Positions 38,601 through 51,215 of a stretch of DNA of 64,000 nt are shown here, piece after piece; within the stretch, counting starts at the first letter, position 1; each line of letters starts with the position of its first letter. The DNA is taken from positions 1 through 64,000 of the forward strand of contig JAQGDQ010001060.1 of the NCBI GenBank assembly GCA_030141605.1, written 5' to 3'. The translations under genes were made by a program, and so were the position numbers. This DNA comes from Tubiluchus corallicola (lineage: Eukaryota; Animalia; Priapulida). The notes below the pieces were generated by a model that saw only the letters and a list, made by a program, of their open reading frames with translations, was not told the DNA's origin and searched no databases.

Positions 38601-41600
38601 AGCTTCAAGGCCAGGGTTCGCTTCTCATGTTTGAAGTCCCACCTGAGTCACACCAAAGTTTTAAAAAAATGGTACCGCTGGGTTCTTCGACCAAGCACGT
38701 GAATTTATCGAGGTAACATGCAAATAATAATAATCAGGACCACCTTGGAAATAAGTAATGACGTGCTTAAGGTGTTATTCATGGACAATGTCCTTAAAAA
38801 ATTATTGTTATTAAATTGTTAATACAAAATATCAGACAGCATAGTATAGCATAAAAACATAAATGTGGTACAGTAAGCAAAATGTAATACAGTAGGAATT
38901 TACATGATTAAATTAAGTAAATCAGCACTATTGAAAGTTAATACAGAAAAATATAACACTCATTACCAGCTAATGCAGTAACATTGTTAACTGCATGCAT
39001 AAAAAATAAGTAAATAACTATTGTATGGTACGTCCGAAATTCAAAAACAAAGTGCCAAAATTTTGTTAATTACTAATCAATTTTAAACCCAAATTTCTGA
39101 ATCAAAGTAAAGAATGAAATTTTTCTTTTGTTTTACTGTGATCAGACTCATACAAGTACATTAGTAAAGTAAAGCGATACAAAACAAGTTATCCATGCAC
39201 ATGTACAACTCACTCATGCTTACCAGTATCCTACAAAGATATTCAAACCAAAAACACTTAAGAAAATAAATTCACACTAACAAATAGCCCAGATCAGTTT
39301 CATGTCATTTTGTACAGTTTTTTCATGTTATTTATCATTAACATTAAGTTATATTAAGTAATTTATAAGCTAAAGCTCTGAATTTTTTTATTACTTCTTG
39401 ATTTCACCATTCAGTCCAACAAGAGCAAAAAACTATGAAAGAAATAGGGAAGCATATTAGCCATTCATAAGCAAAAACTGGAATATTTTAGTGTACTTTA
39501 TAAATGTTTCATGCTAAGCAACTCAGAAGTACCCCTGGAAGTTTGTCGTCTGTTCACATTAACACAATTCATGCTCTACATGCATGCCATACTGGTACAG
39601 TTACCTCTTTGGAAAGATATGATAGTATCACTTAACTCTTCAATCACTCTGATCCGCCGTCCCTTTATACCCATCACTAAGCACATATTGAAAACTTACA
39701 ATTTGTACTACTAATTTACAAATAAATATCACGAGCATAAACATATATAGAGCCAAGGACATGATAAAATAATATTTATCACATCCCCTGTACAATACAG
39801 TATAGTTTCACCAACACCTCTACTAAAATAATTTGTTCTCTAATAGTTACATTTCTTGTCGACATAACACTGACTAGCAAATTGCAAAGGCTAACTCATG
39901 ACTAGTTTCACATTCTAAATAATCTGCTCTTGACAACTAGAACTACAGCTAAGAACTAAGATGCGTGAGTGCATCTCACTATAAAGTGTCAGGAAATGTT
40001 AGCCCCATTATATTCAAAAACTATCACAATTAGACATGAATATATTTTTAATGCTTTAATCATTAACATAATATTTCTAAGTTACTGTCTTTTTTTAAAT
40101 TCTGCATGTCCACTTCTTAAAGTTATAAATCAAAAATCAATGAAGTACTTAAAGAAATGAGTACATTGCCCACTGAGAAACCAACATGAATCTACCCCTG
40201 TCCATTTCTGGCTCTCAGAACTGCAAATAATTAACTGCAGTACTAAACATTAAGAAGATAAGGATACTTTGCTCAAAAAATGGCTTTGACATGTTTTTTT
40301 TGGGTTCAAAAACAACAGAAGGTTCCAATTACGAATCTAAAACAGAATACAAAAACACAGTCTCACCTTTTCCAGAGTCTGCCCCTCGTATTATAATCTC
40401 ATCCTTAAAATAGTTTTTTCCTGGAATTCTGGAAAAATACACTTCAAATTACAAAATACAAAGATAACACAAAATTAATAAACAAGAAAAATCAGATTCA
40501 AAAATGTTAATATTAAAGCCAACTTCAAACTACATGCAAAATGAAATTAAACATAATAATTCTTTTACAGCTTTATTACACGTTTCAAAAAATCTGAAAT
40601 CTAGTCAAATAATTAAATCGATTTGATGGTTCCTTTAAAGTTAAATACAGTTTTAACTTTTGAAGTGACTGCCTGAAACTGATTACATGATAATGCTGAA
40701 AAAAGAAGAATATGCATCAAACTAGCTAACATATTCCTGATCTTTGTACATTATAAGTTTTGAAATGGTATGCCTTACTTGAAAAGCATTCAGTTAGACT
40801 ATTCTACCAATCAATGAGCAAAGATGTTAATGTAATTCATCTTAGTAGGCAACAAGTACACGACCTCAATTAATCTGAAAAACACATTTGCCTAAAGTTT
40901 TACATGACTGCATAATAAGAAAATACAAATGCTTACTTGAAAGGTTTGGCATATTTTCCAGATGAGCGTATAAGACAGGGCGATGGAGGGGGTCCAGGTG
41001 ACAAGGATGTCGATGGAATCACTTGTGTAATGGCAACAGCATTACTGTTATTGCTGCTGCTACTGCTGATAGTGCTATGAGCATCATCACCATTTTCACA
41101 TACCTGTCAACAATATACAATATCTGGTAAAACTGCCAACTCTGTAACATCATGTTTTATGCTGAGCTTTGGAAACAGACCATGTGCTACTCTAGTCATA
41201 AACAACTACTTGTAAAGTAACAACCAACAAAAACCATTTCTAGTAAAAATTCAAGCAAATGCTTTAATAAAAACACAAGTAATTAACTAAAACTGCAGAC
41301 TATGAGTTTTTGGAATTTGTAATGATTAATTATGATTTGCTAAATATAAACTAGGTAAAGCACTAACATTTCATTTTAGAAATTTCCAAATGTTACACAT
41401 GGTACAGAAAATTTGCCAGTTTTTTATTACAACCGAAAATTTAACACAGAATTAAATGCATCTAGTTACAGAGCTCTGCAAAACAGTAAATGATTGATGG
41501 GAAGCTGCTGCATTGCTTAACCAACTGATATTAACAAAGAAGCACAAGTTCATTGTACTAAGTTTTAAATGCTATGACAAACTGGAAGCCAAAACAGTTT

Positions 41601-42484
41601 TTTTGGTGTATAGGCCTACACAAATAATAGTTCACACATTACTTTGAAAACAAATAAATTGTTTGATGTTTTTGAAGTTCAAATGTAACAGCTCCTGCAA
41701 ACACTAATTAGCTCTAAGTTCCAAGATAAAAAATTAACCATACACCTAACTTACTAACAGCTGGGTAGTTTTTTTTTTGAAGAACATAAATACTGATTCG
41801 AACAAACCACATAACACCAAAACAAACAAATGGGAAATTTTGCTTACAAACAAATGTCTCATTTTACTTGCAAAAGAATCAAACCATTTCAAAAAAATCC
41901 ACAGCTCAACTTACATCGATTTCAGCTGCTTTGCATTTATAATACCCTGTTAAGTTTTCACTGACAGCCCAACCCATAGCTCGTAATTCAATCACTTCCA
42001 ACAGGCGTAGACGAGACAACCGATCCAACTTGTCTAGCTTTGAGACATTACGCAAGCTGATGAAATATTGATCTAAATTTTCTATAACATAAACAATATT
42101 ATTTGGAAATTGTAAATAATAAAGTTAGTAAGATTTAGCTGTCTTAACATGTATTTATCTGTAATCTGTTCTCTTACTCTTATATAGGCTCACCAACTAA
42201 ATCCTTGGTCAGCAATAAACCAGTTCCACAATTCAGTAGCCCTTAGCTTCTACGCGCACTTTTGATTACTCACTGCTGTTACTTTGTAAGTAGTTAATAA
42301 GAAGATTTGTGATGGCTCAGGTTCTATGCATTTTGCTTTAATATTATTTTTGCTATGGACAATTTACATGATTTTGAAAAAAACACTGACTTAATGGTCA
42401 AAAAGATTTTAAAGACAGAAAATCATACGCGAAGAATAATGAGTGTATAAACAAATGTCTTGTTACTTAAAAACCGTCTGTAGC

Positions 42485-42523
<39 letters not shown>

Positions 42524-43704
42524 CAATTTTTCCTGATATTTTCACAATTCAGTCTAATAAACTTTAATTATTAACATTTAGACAACATAATTTAATGATA
42601 AAAATAATAATACAGCCGAAGTACCAAGACTGTGTACATTTTAACAGTTAGCCTATATGAATTACTGTACTTGGTAAACATTCTTCAGCTAACAACTTGG
42701 ACCTGGGAACCAGTTGCTGAGAAAAGGCAAAACAACCATTTTACCATTTAGTTAACTAAAAAAATCACTGTATCAACAGAACACTGGCCATACCCGTAAA
42801 AATGAATAAAGCATGCTCAGTTCAACTACTTGCGCTAATTATGAGTTCAACCAACTAAAATACTGCAACAGTATGTGGTAAATGAAATGTTGCATTTCAA
42901 TCAAGTTTATACCTTTGCAGCTGGATTCCAAACGGTGTCCAAAAGACTTTAATTGATTGCATATTTTCACAAGAGATGGTAAAAATAACTCCTCGTCATT
43001 GGTATTTGCAATATTTTTCAGAAAAACATCAATTTCTTCGCAAAATTCTTCTGCAAAATTAACAAAAGTGAGGCCTACTATATGTTTATTTGAAAGGCAA
43101 GAGAATAAGTGAAGACCATATAATTTAATACTAGCAAAACATTGCAAAAGAATTTTGGACATAAACCCACAACAACAACACACACACCACTTACATCACA
43201 CAGCATAACCCACACAACTCACATCACATCCTACACTCCACACCACACACACTACATAAACCACACACCCACAGAACACCCTAGCAATGGCAACAGCAAC
43301 AGCAGCACCACCACCAGCAGCAACAACTACTACAACAACAACAAACAACTACAATCAATCAGAATTAAATTAAGATCACTACAATAAACAACCAACAAAA
43401 ACTTCAGTTTGTGTCTTACTTAGTTTCTAAACAATACACACCAAACTATGTTTATTACACACCATGCTAAATTCTCTTTCCAGTGATGCATTGCACTCCA
43501 TCTATCGTAAACCCTGCCTTTTATTTATCAGTTTTGTAAAAAGCCGATTTAAATGTTTTTTGTTCATGAGCTGCCCATTCCCAGACTTGCCAAATTAAAA
43601 AGTAAGCCCCTATGGGATTCGGAGATAAAAAGACTGTTTGTTTGATATGTCGTTTGTGACACTTGGTTCAGTAATTGCCAAGTGTATAATATATGTAAAT
43701 AAAT

Positions 43705-43769
<65 letters not shown>

Positions 43770-44036
43770 CCTGGAAAATTATAGATGATGACTATCAACT
43801 ACTATTTACATTTCTGTATCTTCTGTCCAATAAGAATCAAAACTTCACATATATTATAATACACATACATTATATTAACAATTTCTAAATTATAAAAAGA
43901 ACTACCTAGTAGCAACAATACCTTGGCTAAAAGCTGCATTATTTGTTTCTGCATTGAGATTTAATGCACGCAGTGGTCTGGGTTTTTCAGTCTTCTTCGA
44001 TCGTGTTGCACGAATTTTTTGTAGATTAGAATTCAT
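29646..44036 (-). CDS. Mxt: Mextli, eIF4E-binding protein (MIF4G-like + KH + C-terminal 4E-binding region), about 19 coding exons
   Basis: Exons (-): 44036-43922, 43050-42913, 42081-41915, 41103-40937, 40428-40367, 39676-39605, 38525-38465, 38368-38314, 37928-37797, 37301-37227, 37060-37007, 34926-34909, 34238-34096, 33719-33652, 32935-32769, 31551-31414, 30731-30500 (donor uncertain), 30137-29998, 29777-29646. Motifs EKPRPL, RLRLLEVIELRAMGW, IRSSGKYAKPFKIPGKNYFKDEIIIRGADSGKVMGIKGRR..IEELSDTIISFQR...GAKERTVQITGP...IEDTIKRNASPVR and YSRDFLL match recalled Drosophila Mxt. Confidence 0.9.
35026..35755. mobile_element. Second diverged copy of the hAT-like non-autonomous element, in a Mextli intron
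   Basis: Reverse-complement similarity to 21625-22308; tattc(g/a)aataat repeats at both ends. Confidence 0.6.
38600..38815 (+). mobile_element. tRNA-derived SINE with Meta-domain-like core
   Basis: B-box-like gtttgaagtccc followed by gagtcacaccaaagttttaaaaaaatggtacc...aagcacg, resembling the recalled MetaSINE core; (tta)n-like tail. Confidence 0.5.
43130..43400 (+). repeat. CAC/CAA-rich low-complexity repeat with conserved flank; related copy at 58703-58928 (-)
   Basis: ctagc.aaac...gcaaaa..aatt.tg..cataaa precedes the CAC-rich run in both copies. Confidence 0.55.
43705..43769. repeat. (CA)n(TA)n microsatellite
   Basis: Direct reading; other (TA)n runs at about 3379-3404, 32016-32032, 42490-42521. 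Confidence 0.95.
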
Positions 44037-44214
44037 TTTAATTCTAGAAATGGACAGTAGTGTTTATATAAAGACAATGACTTGGCAATCAAAATCACAA
44101 CACTGACAACAAGTGATGATGGCTTTTTTCTGCAATAAATGATTAATTGAAGCTGTAACTTATTTGTAGAAACACCAATTCAAAATTAAGACAATTAATT
44201 ACTTTTGTTCTCTT

Positions 44215-44545
44215 GCTGCCCTTTCTCCACCCAGATAATTGAGGTAAAGCCATGCTGAGGCTAGTCAGTGAATGGATGGTGACGTCCCAGTTCAATACTA
44301 CTCTATGTTTCTCTGCGTCATTTCATTCATGTACTGATTCTGAACATTTGCCTCCATCAGACAGCATGTGCTCACATATGATCATGGCTGAGATGCCACT
44401 GCCATTGAGGGAATAAATCACAGAGGACAACTTTTGATAATGAGCCAGGTTTCTATGTACCATAAACATCAATAATTATGTAGGAAATGTTATTCAGTGC
44501 TGGATTTCAGCTCCTAACACTATATAACATTAAAAACTGTAAGTC
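44215..44545 (+). mobile_element. 5S rRNA-derived SINE (SINE3-like), copy 1
   Basis: gaggtaaagccatgctgaggctagtcagtgaatggatggtgac resembles the 5S internal control region; body ttgataatgagccaggtt...tgctggatttcagct shared with 57612-57960. Confidence 0.55.
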
Positions 44546-46169
44546 ACCACTTAATAACTCCACATTCAGCGACGTTGGATAATGTTTTGTTTGAATTTTT
44601 TCCCTTACATTACTAGTTGGAATTCTGTAGGAAATGTTATTCAGCGCTGGATTTCAGTTCTAGTTGGAATTCTGTTTGCCGTGTTTGCACATACATACAG
44701 AAACTACGGGCCCGGTCAGCACACTTTCCAGAGAACAGCATTTTGATCAAGTGCATGGAAAAAAGTTGATTCTGTCAGAACAGTAATGCTAGTAAAGCTA
44801 CACGTAATGTTTGTAGCATAGTTAGTTTCTGCTTTCAAAATTTGTGCATAGCACACATTATGAGTTAAATGTGGTATACACTTATAACCACCCTTGCAGC
44901 AAGCTTATTGCACATTATTTACATAAAATTCCACACAATTTTTGACAAAATATTTATTGCTGACCGTTCCTTTCAATAACACATAATTATTCTAGTTAGT
45001 TTTATTTACCTAATAATGATTGTGATTCAGTGGCTCCTTGGCTCACCACTGTAGTTTACAAGTTTTTTAACAAATGTATCTCTGTCATAATGAAAATTTA
45101 AATTATCTTCGTTGGGCATAATTATTTTCGGATCTATAAAGTAAAGATGGAAAACACTAATCTCCACTTTAGCTCTGGAACATTTGAGGACAATAAACTT
45201 TTATTTGCTCCATTGTTTTCTCATTGAATATAACAACATCTTAGAAGTCACTCCAGAATAGTCTCCAACTACCATTACAATGTTCTTTACTGCACTAACA
45301 TAAATTTGAAGAAGCCTTTGCATCGTAACTATTGAGTTTTGAAACATATAGGGTGAATTTATTTCTTCACAAACCAATTTTTTGATTTTTTTACAAGTAG
45401 GGCCTATTTTACTACTTTATCAATTCATCTCTGCATCTGCTAGTCAAAACGGCTAAATTTGACACATCTAAAATTTCCCGACATAAATGTTTTCGTCAGG
45501 AGAAGGGAAGGCGGGAATATTAACTTTACAACTTAAACTTCTTCATTAAGTGTACGGAAGGCGGGATTCGGATTTCACATATAAGAGCACTATGGTTTCA
45601 ACTGTGCCAACATTCCCCTCTCTCACATTGGTTACATCCTACTTGTGACGTGGGCATTAATTAGTATTTACTGTTGGCCTGTGCCCCCTCTGAACTTCCA
45701 GTTGCACCCAGCTGTAACGTTACCACCTTAAGCTGCTAAGTATACTACTATGAAACTTCTGTACTGTTTTAAATAAAATAGTTTATTTTGGCTAAATTCT
45801 TGCAGTTCTGGTTGTTTCCTGTTTGTGACTTTACACACGGTAGCAGTCAGACTCAGAAACTGATTTACTGTTGTCATGTTCCCACGTACAGGTAAACCTG
45901 TGCTGTATGATAAAATTGCCATAATAAGTTACGTGTAGATATAGTACACGTTAATTTAGGCTAATTGCTGTCATTGCTGAGCCACAATATAACAATGTTT
46001 TGGGCTTTTTACTACTGTATTGTACTGTTGTTGTAACCTATAATTTTTGTGCTTATTTGTAGTTTTCAATTACTATGGACCCTGGGCCTAATTAGTGAAT
46101 CACTGAATGTAATTCAAAAATGACTATTTCTGTGCTTAGATATCAATATTATTATTACAGTAAATGATG

Positions 46170-47600
46170 CTTTTCCTTCTTTCTTCAGTTCATTCAGGAG
46201 CCTAATGATAATGTCTTTCCTATTCCTTCTTCTACTTGGAATGCTGATTCTTTGAATGACAATTTCAGTATTAACAATGTATATGCTAAGCTTATTAGCT
46301 TAACACCATTTAAGGCTACAATGCCCAATGAAGTTATCTTGGCTTTATTTTGAAATCCAGTGTTCTTCAGCTTGCTCTCCTTCTTTTTCTTTTGTTCCTG
46401 ATGTCCTCCCCCAGGCTTAACTATAATGTTAACCTATCCCCAAATAGTCAAATGTATGTTCTTTGAGTGAAGATCTTCGTCATAGCTTTGTCACCAGTAG
46501 TTGTCAAATGTTTTGAATCCTAAGCTTTCTTATCCAAACTGAATGAATATGTAACTCCCAACATGGTTCTCTTCCTCTATGCTCAGTCGTCTCTAATCTA
46601 CTCTCCTGTTTAAATCAGCGGACTAGCTTTTTCGATGATCCTACTTTGCCTGGTAGTGCTGTACTTTACCTTGACTTCCAAGAGTGATTTGATTCTGTCC
46701 CCCACCAAAGTCTCTTACTTAAAATAGAATATTCTGGTACAAGAGGTAAGCTTCTTAAATGGTTCAGTTACTTTCTTACCCATCCTTTCCAATGTATTGT
46801 TCTTAATGGTATATTCACTGAAAGGCCAGCTATAAGTGACATCCCCCAAGGAACCTTGAGTGGCCCACACTGCTTCCTTATTTTTATTAATCATATTACT
46901 GCTTGTATTTCACCAGGGACTAGCAACCCATTATTTGTTGATGAATTAAAGCCCTTTCAACCAATTTAGGACGATCTTGATTGTTACATTTTACAACATG
47001 ACTAGGATGAACAGTAAATGCTTGATGGCCCTTAAACCCAATAAGTGTGCTTTACTGAGGAGTAATGATTTCTAATGACCTCAAATGAAATTCCCATGTG
47101 AACCATATCTTGTAAAAGCAATTGGTGGTATAGGTATGATTAAGCGCTGTGTGATATCGAGAAATGCAGCAACAATTATTCCTCTCTGTAAAGCTGTTGT
47201 TTGGCCCATTCTGGAATACGCATCACTTGTATGGTCACCCCAATATGCTGCTCTCATAAATGCTTTCAAAAGAACTCAGGATAGATGTACTTGTTTTGCT
47301 TTTGATTTGGATCCCACTTTGATTTCTATTCTCGAGCAAAGGGCATGAGACAGATGTTGTGAACTGCTTCAAATTAATTAGTGGAAATATTGTTCTGACA
47401 GAAACAGACTTTTTTCCAAGCCTCACAGAGTTCTTCGCAGTCTTGAATGTAAGTCATTTGTGCAACCAGCTAGAACCAACATCAGATCACACTTCTTTGG
47501 GCATCGTGTAGTTCAACCATGGAATCATCTTTCACCATCAACCATTAGTGCTTCATCAGTTGATAGTTTTAAAGGCATACCAGAGAGGACCATTTACAGA
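46170..47600 (+). mobile_element. Decayed CR1/L2-clade LINE, reverse transcriptase to 3' end
   Basis: Degenerate RT motifs YLDF...FDSVPHQ.LL.K..YSG.RGKLLKWF, PQG...GP..FLIFIN, LFVDE(=LFADD), PLCKAVVWPILEYASLVWSP, FFGHRVVQPWNHL; many stops and frameshifts. Confidence 0.88.
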
Positions 47601-49249
47601 TAGTTAACATCTAGGTCCTTATTTCTTAGCCAAGGTATAATGAATGTGTTAATACAATCCCCTTAACTTAAGCTTTTTTAGTTTTATCAGCTATCTAGTT
47701 CATAGTGGTAGACTTTTTATTGTCCTTTTATTGCAGAACTTTTATTAACTATACAAAATCGTCTCATGTAAATTATGATCTACAACTACAAGTAATCAGC
47801 TACTGTCTACTGGTTAGCAGTTCAGCGATATGAACAATCCCAACATCACGTGTTACGTTAAATAGATCAGTTTATTACTATCACTTTTAAACTTACAAGC
47901 ACTAGTTTGCTCACATTTACTTCTGCTTCTGCAAAGTCTCATTTCACCTATTGTAGGCACTCAGCTTTGAAGCATCAACATTTGTTAGCGTATTCCAGCC
48001 ACTTCAATCTGCAGCTAACATCGTAAGTTCTTCTACTCCTATAGATAGATTTGGTTTAAGTTGTTGAACATCTTTATTTATCTTAGAGTAAATAATAAAT
48101 ATCTTACGTAAGAATCGCATTAAAACCTTGCAAGAAGCGAACTGGCAAACCAAAAACAACTTGGGTAGCTCACATTTTAATTAACGTCAACGGTAACATT
48201 TTGTGACAACTAATAACAATCTTTTTGTGTATTGCATCAAAACTCGTTTTCAATAAATTTTGTTTTTACCGTAACCACGCGACAGTTTGCCACAGCAACA
48301 GTTTGCTTCAGTCGTCACGTTCCTTCAGTCACTGCTTTTGTTCACTATAACAAAATTACCGGATTCAAGCGAAAAGCTACACATGCACGATAAACAACCA
48401 TCATTACTTGCATATGAACATCAAAACAACTCACTGAATCTTGTAGCTCTCGCACATGTTCGTGAAACTCGGCTTCACGCGCACATGTATAATTGCAATG
48501 ACTCACATTTTGGCTGACACCACATCGTACAGTCGAGCCAAAACGCATTCCCAAGAACTGCAGGAAGAATCCGATTTCACTGTGGGGGTTTAAACGATGA
48601 AGCTGCAGACTTTATATCAGCACGTTAAGGGTAACACCATGTACTAAATATAGCTAAGGCCTACTTCTCCTGTAACTAGCCTGCGCTTATTGTGAATTCG
48701 TAACAAAAGGCAGACGAAGAAGAGAAGCAACGTCGGCCTGAATGCTTGTGTAGAGCTTGAGCGGTTAACTGACAGACTTAGTGATGATCCTCATGTATTT
48801 AATTTTGTTATGCAGTGAACAAATAATTGTTAAGAACGATAATAAAATTTTATAATTGCCTAGATGAGCAGGCTAGTGATTAAGTGTAAGCCTCTTGCTA
48901 TGAAGCTGACAAATTGCGTGACTATATAATCGACTGACTGGCAGATTAAATAATTGAATGGAAAAACAAATGACTAAAACGACTGCATAACTGACTGCTT
49001 GATTGCTACCACATAGGCTATCCACGTATTATCCCTCGTGTTTTTCCTTCTAGACTGACTAAAATGACCGAAACTGAATCACGTAGCATTGACTGTACGA
49101 CCGATGATTGTTGACTAAAAGCCTACTGATTACATATTACCTGGCTCAGACTGGCATACACTACTCATACTGACTAATTAGCTAATCGACTGATGACTGG
49201 CTGGCACATAATCAATTTTACCGGCAGATAGACAGACAGACAGCGAACC

Positions 49250-49475
49250 ACACAAGAGGTCCACTGGCTCAACTAGAAGCGGGTTAAGACGCCACTGTTG
49301 CAACAGGTTCAAAGAAGACGTACACCGATGCAACTAGAAGCAGTTAAAAAAGCTCAGTTGCAGCAGATCAAGCAAGAAGTGTGCTAATTCCACTAAAAGC
49401 AGTTAAGAAAAAACAGTTCACACGGGTCCGACAAGTGGTTCACTGATTCAACTAAAGGCGCAGTTGCAATAGACT
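49250..49475. repeat. Degenerate tandem repeat, about 59-60 bp unit, about 4 copies
   Basis: Recurring caag...ctgattcaacta(g/a)aagcagttaag...cagttgca.caggtc spaced about 60 bp. Confidence 0.7.
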
Positions 49476-50204
49476 AACATCAGGTATAGTGAGTTAAATG
49501 GATTAACTTCTTCAGGACCGCGCCATTCAAAATAGGTCTTATAAGACCTACGATCTTTCTGTTACTGTACGAGTGCAGACATAACTAAATGATTACAAAT
49601 TAGGTGCTGTTCTCGTGAGGATGTCGGCTATCCAATCATTCAATTGGTTCAAACATTTATAAGTGATTTAATTGGACAAAATTAAGAAACACACGTTCCA
49701 ACAATGCCTATGGAGTACTTAGTTTGGTGCACACTTGCGTGATTGTACACAACATTTATTCATCGCCTGTTTGCTGCTGCCCAATAGAACGGTCTGCTGT
49801 GCAGAGTTCCAGGAAAAATCAGCCGATCAGCCAAAGAGAAAGTAACGTCGTTTCCTCTTTTAACAGGAATTTCTCCTTAAAAATAGAGTAGATTTGAGGC
49901 TAAAGTGTATCAGAGTGTTGTGTCTGGACAGTAGAAATTTTCCGCATTAGCTGATCTCATACAAGTGATACTGTATATTGGTACAGTACAAACACTGCAG
50001 TTAAAGCTTTTTCCAATTTTTTCGTCAAAGTCAATTTGTAAGTTGTTTAAATAAGCAAATGCACTTCATATAATTTTGGATAAAAATCCATTGTGTAGAG
50101 AGTAGAAACCTACAAAAATTATCAAATATAATGTAATCACTGGTTAGTGAGAACAGTTTTTCACAAGCCCATGCATAATCCAGCAAACGCTTACAGTCCT
50201 GAAA

Positions 50205-51215
50205 GAGTTAATATTACTAATAGTAAAAAACCACGGAGGCAGCAGGTCAAACAAAAGTTGTACTGAAAAATAAAAAAAATAAAATAGAAAATAATCAAAC
50301 CACAGATGAATTAAAACAGCTATAAATAACTAAGAAACCAAAGTGGCAATGTCAAACAAGAGCTACTGTACTTTGATTCAACTAGAAAGAAACCACAATA
50401 GCAAACGAAGGAACTTATTCAACTCGAAACAGAAGTCACCATGACGACAGATTAAACAAGAACTGCACTGAACCAGATAGATAATAATTATTAATACAAT
50501 CAAGAAGCTACAGGGACAACATATCAAGCTGGATTATTACACTAGAATCAAAATGCTACAGGTCAAACAAGAGTTATATTCATTTGTAACGGTAAGAGGC
50601 AATTAATTGTAAGTAAGCAATCACAGTAGCGTACAGCAGATTAAAGACGCATGGATTCAAGTACAAACAAAAAACCACACTGATTATAGGTTCAATAACA
50701 AGGCATTCCAACTAAAAAGTGGTACAAACCAGAATAATGTTAAAAGCATTCCAACTCAAAAGTATTGACATGCGTCGAAATGCAAACTCAGAGTAAAACA
50801 AAAAAGTCACGGCAACACGTCACTCTCTAGCCTTGATTTTTTTCTATTTCAAGTATATATAGCTTTAATAAACAAGCAGACCGTAACACCAACTCACCAA
50901 GGTCAAATCAGAATATCTCCTTGACCCAACATAGGTCAAATCAGAATATCTATCCAGGGGTCGTGGCCCAACAAGAAGAAATGCATAGAAACCCATTGTG
51001 ACAGTAATCGCAGTTATACTGAATGCAAACAAACGGTGTACTGATATCAAGAGATGTAACAGTTCTATCACAAGCAAGAATGCTGAAGAACAAAGCAACC
51101 ACCTGACAATAATCCATGGTCAAAAGAACCACTTCATTACAGCAAATTTAATAAACCCAAAAACCATGACGCCGACAGGTCAAATAAGAGGTGTGCTGAT
51201 TAAATGCAAGCAAAT
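50205..51215. repeat. Highly decayed array related to the 49250 repeat
   Basis: Recurrent caggtcaaacaagag, ttcaactagaa and aaccac motifs. Confidence 0.5.

Noticed and set aside
40196-40220. Possible extra Mextli exon with a good acceptor
   Set aside because: Frame-breaking or immediately terminating, and it would interrupt the conserved KH motif SGKVMGIKG; no support without RNA data.
45130-45330. Minus-strand peptide NEKTMEQIKSLLSSNVPELKWRLVFS, superficially TLDc-like
   Set aside because: Flanked by stops, no usable splice sites or continuation; too weak to call.
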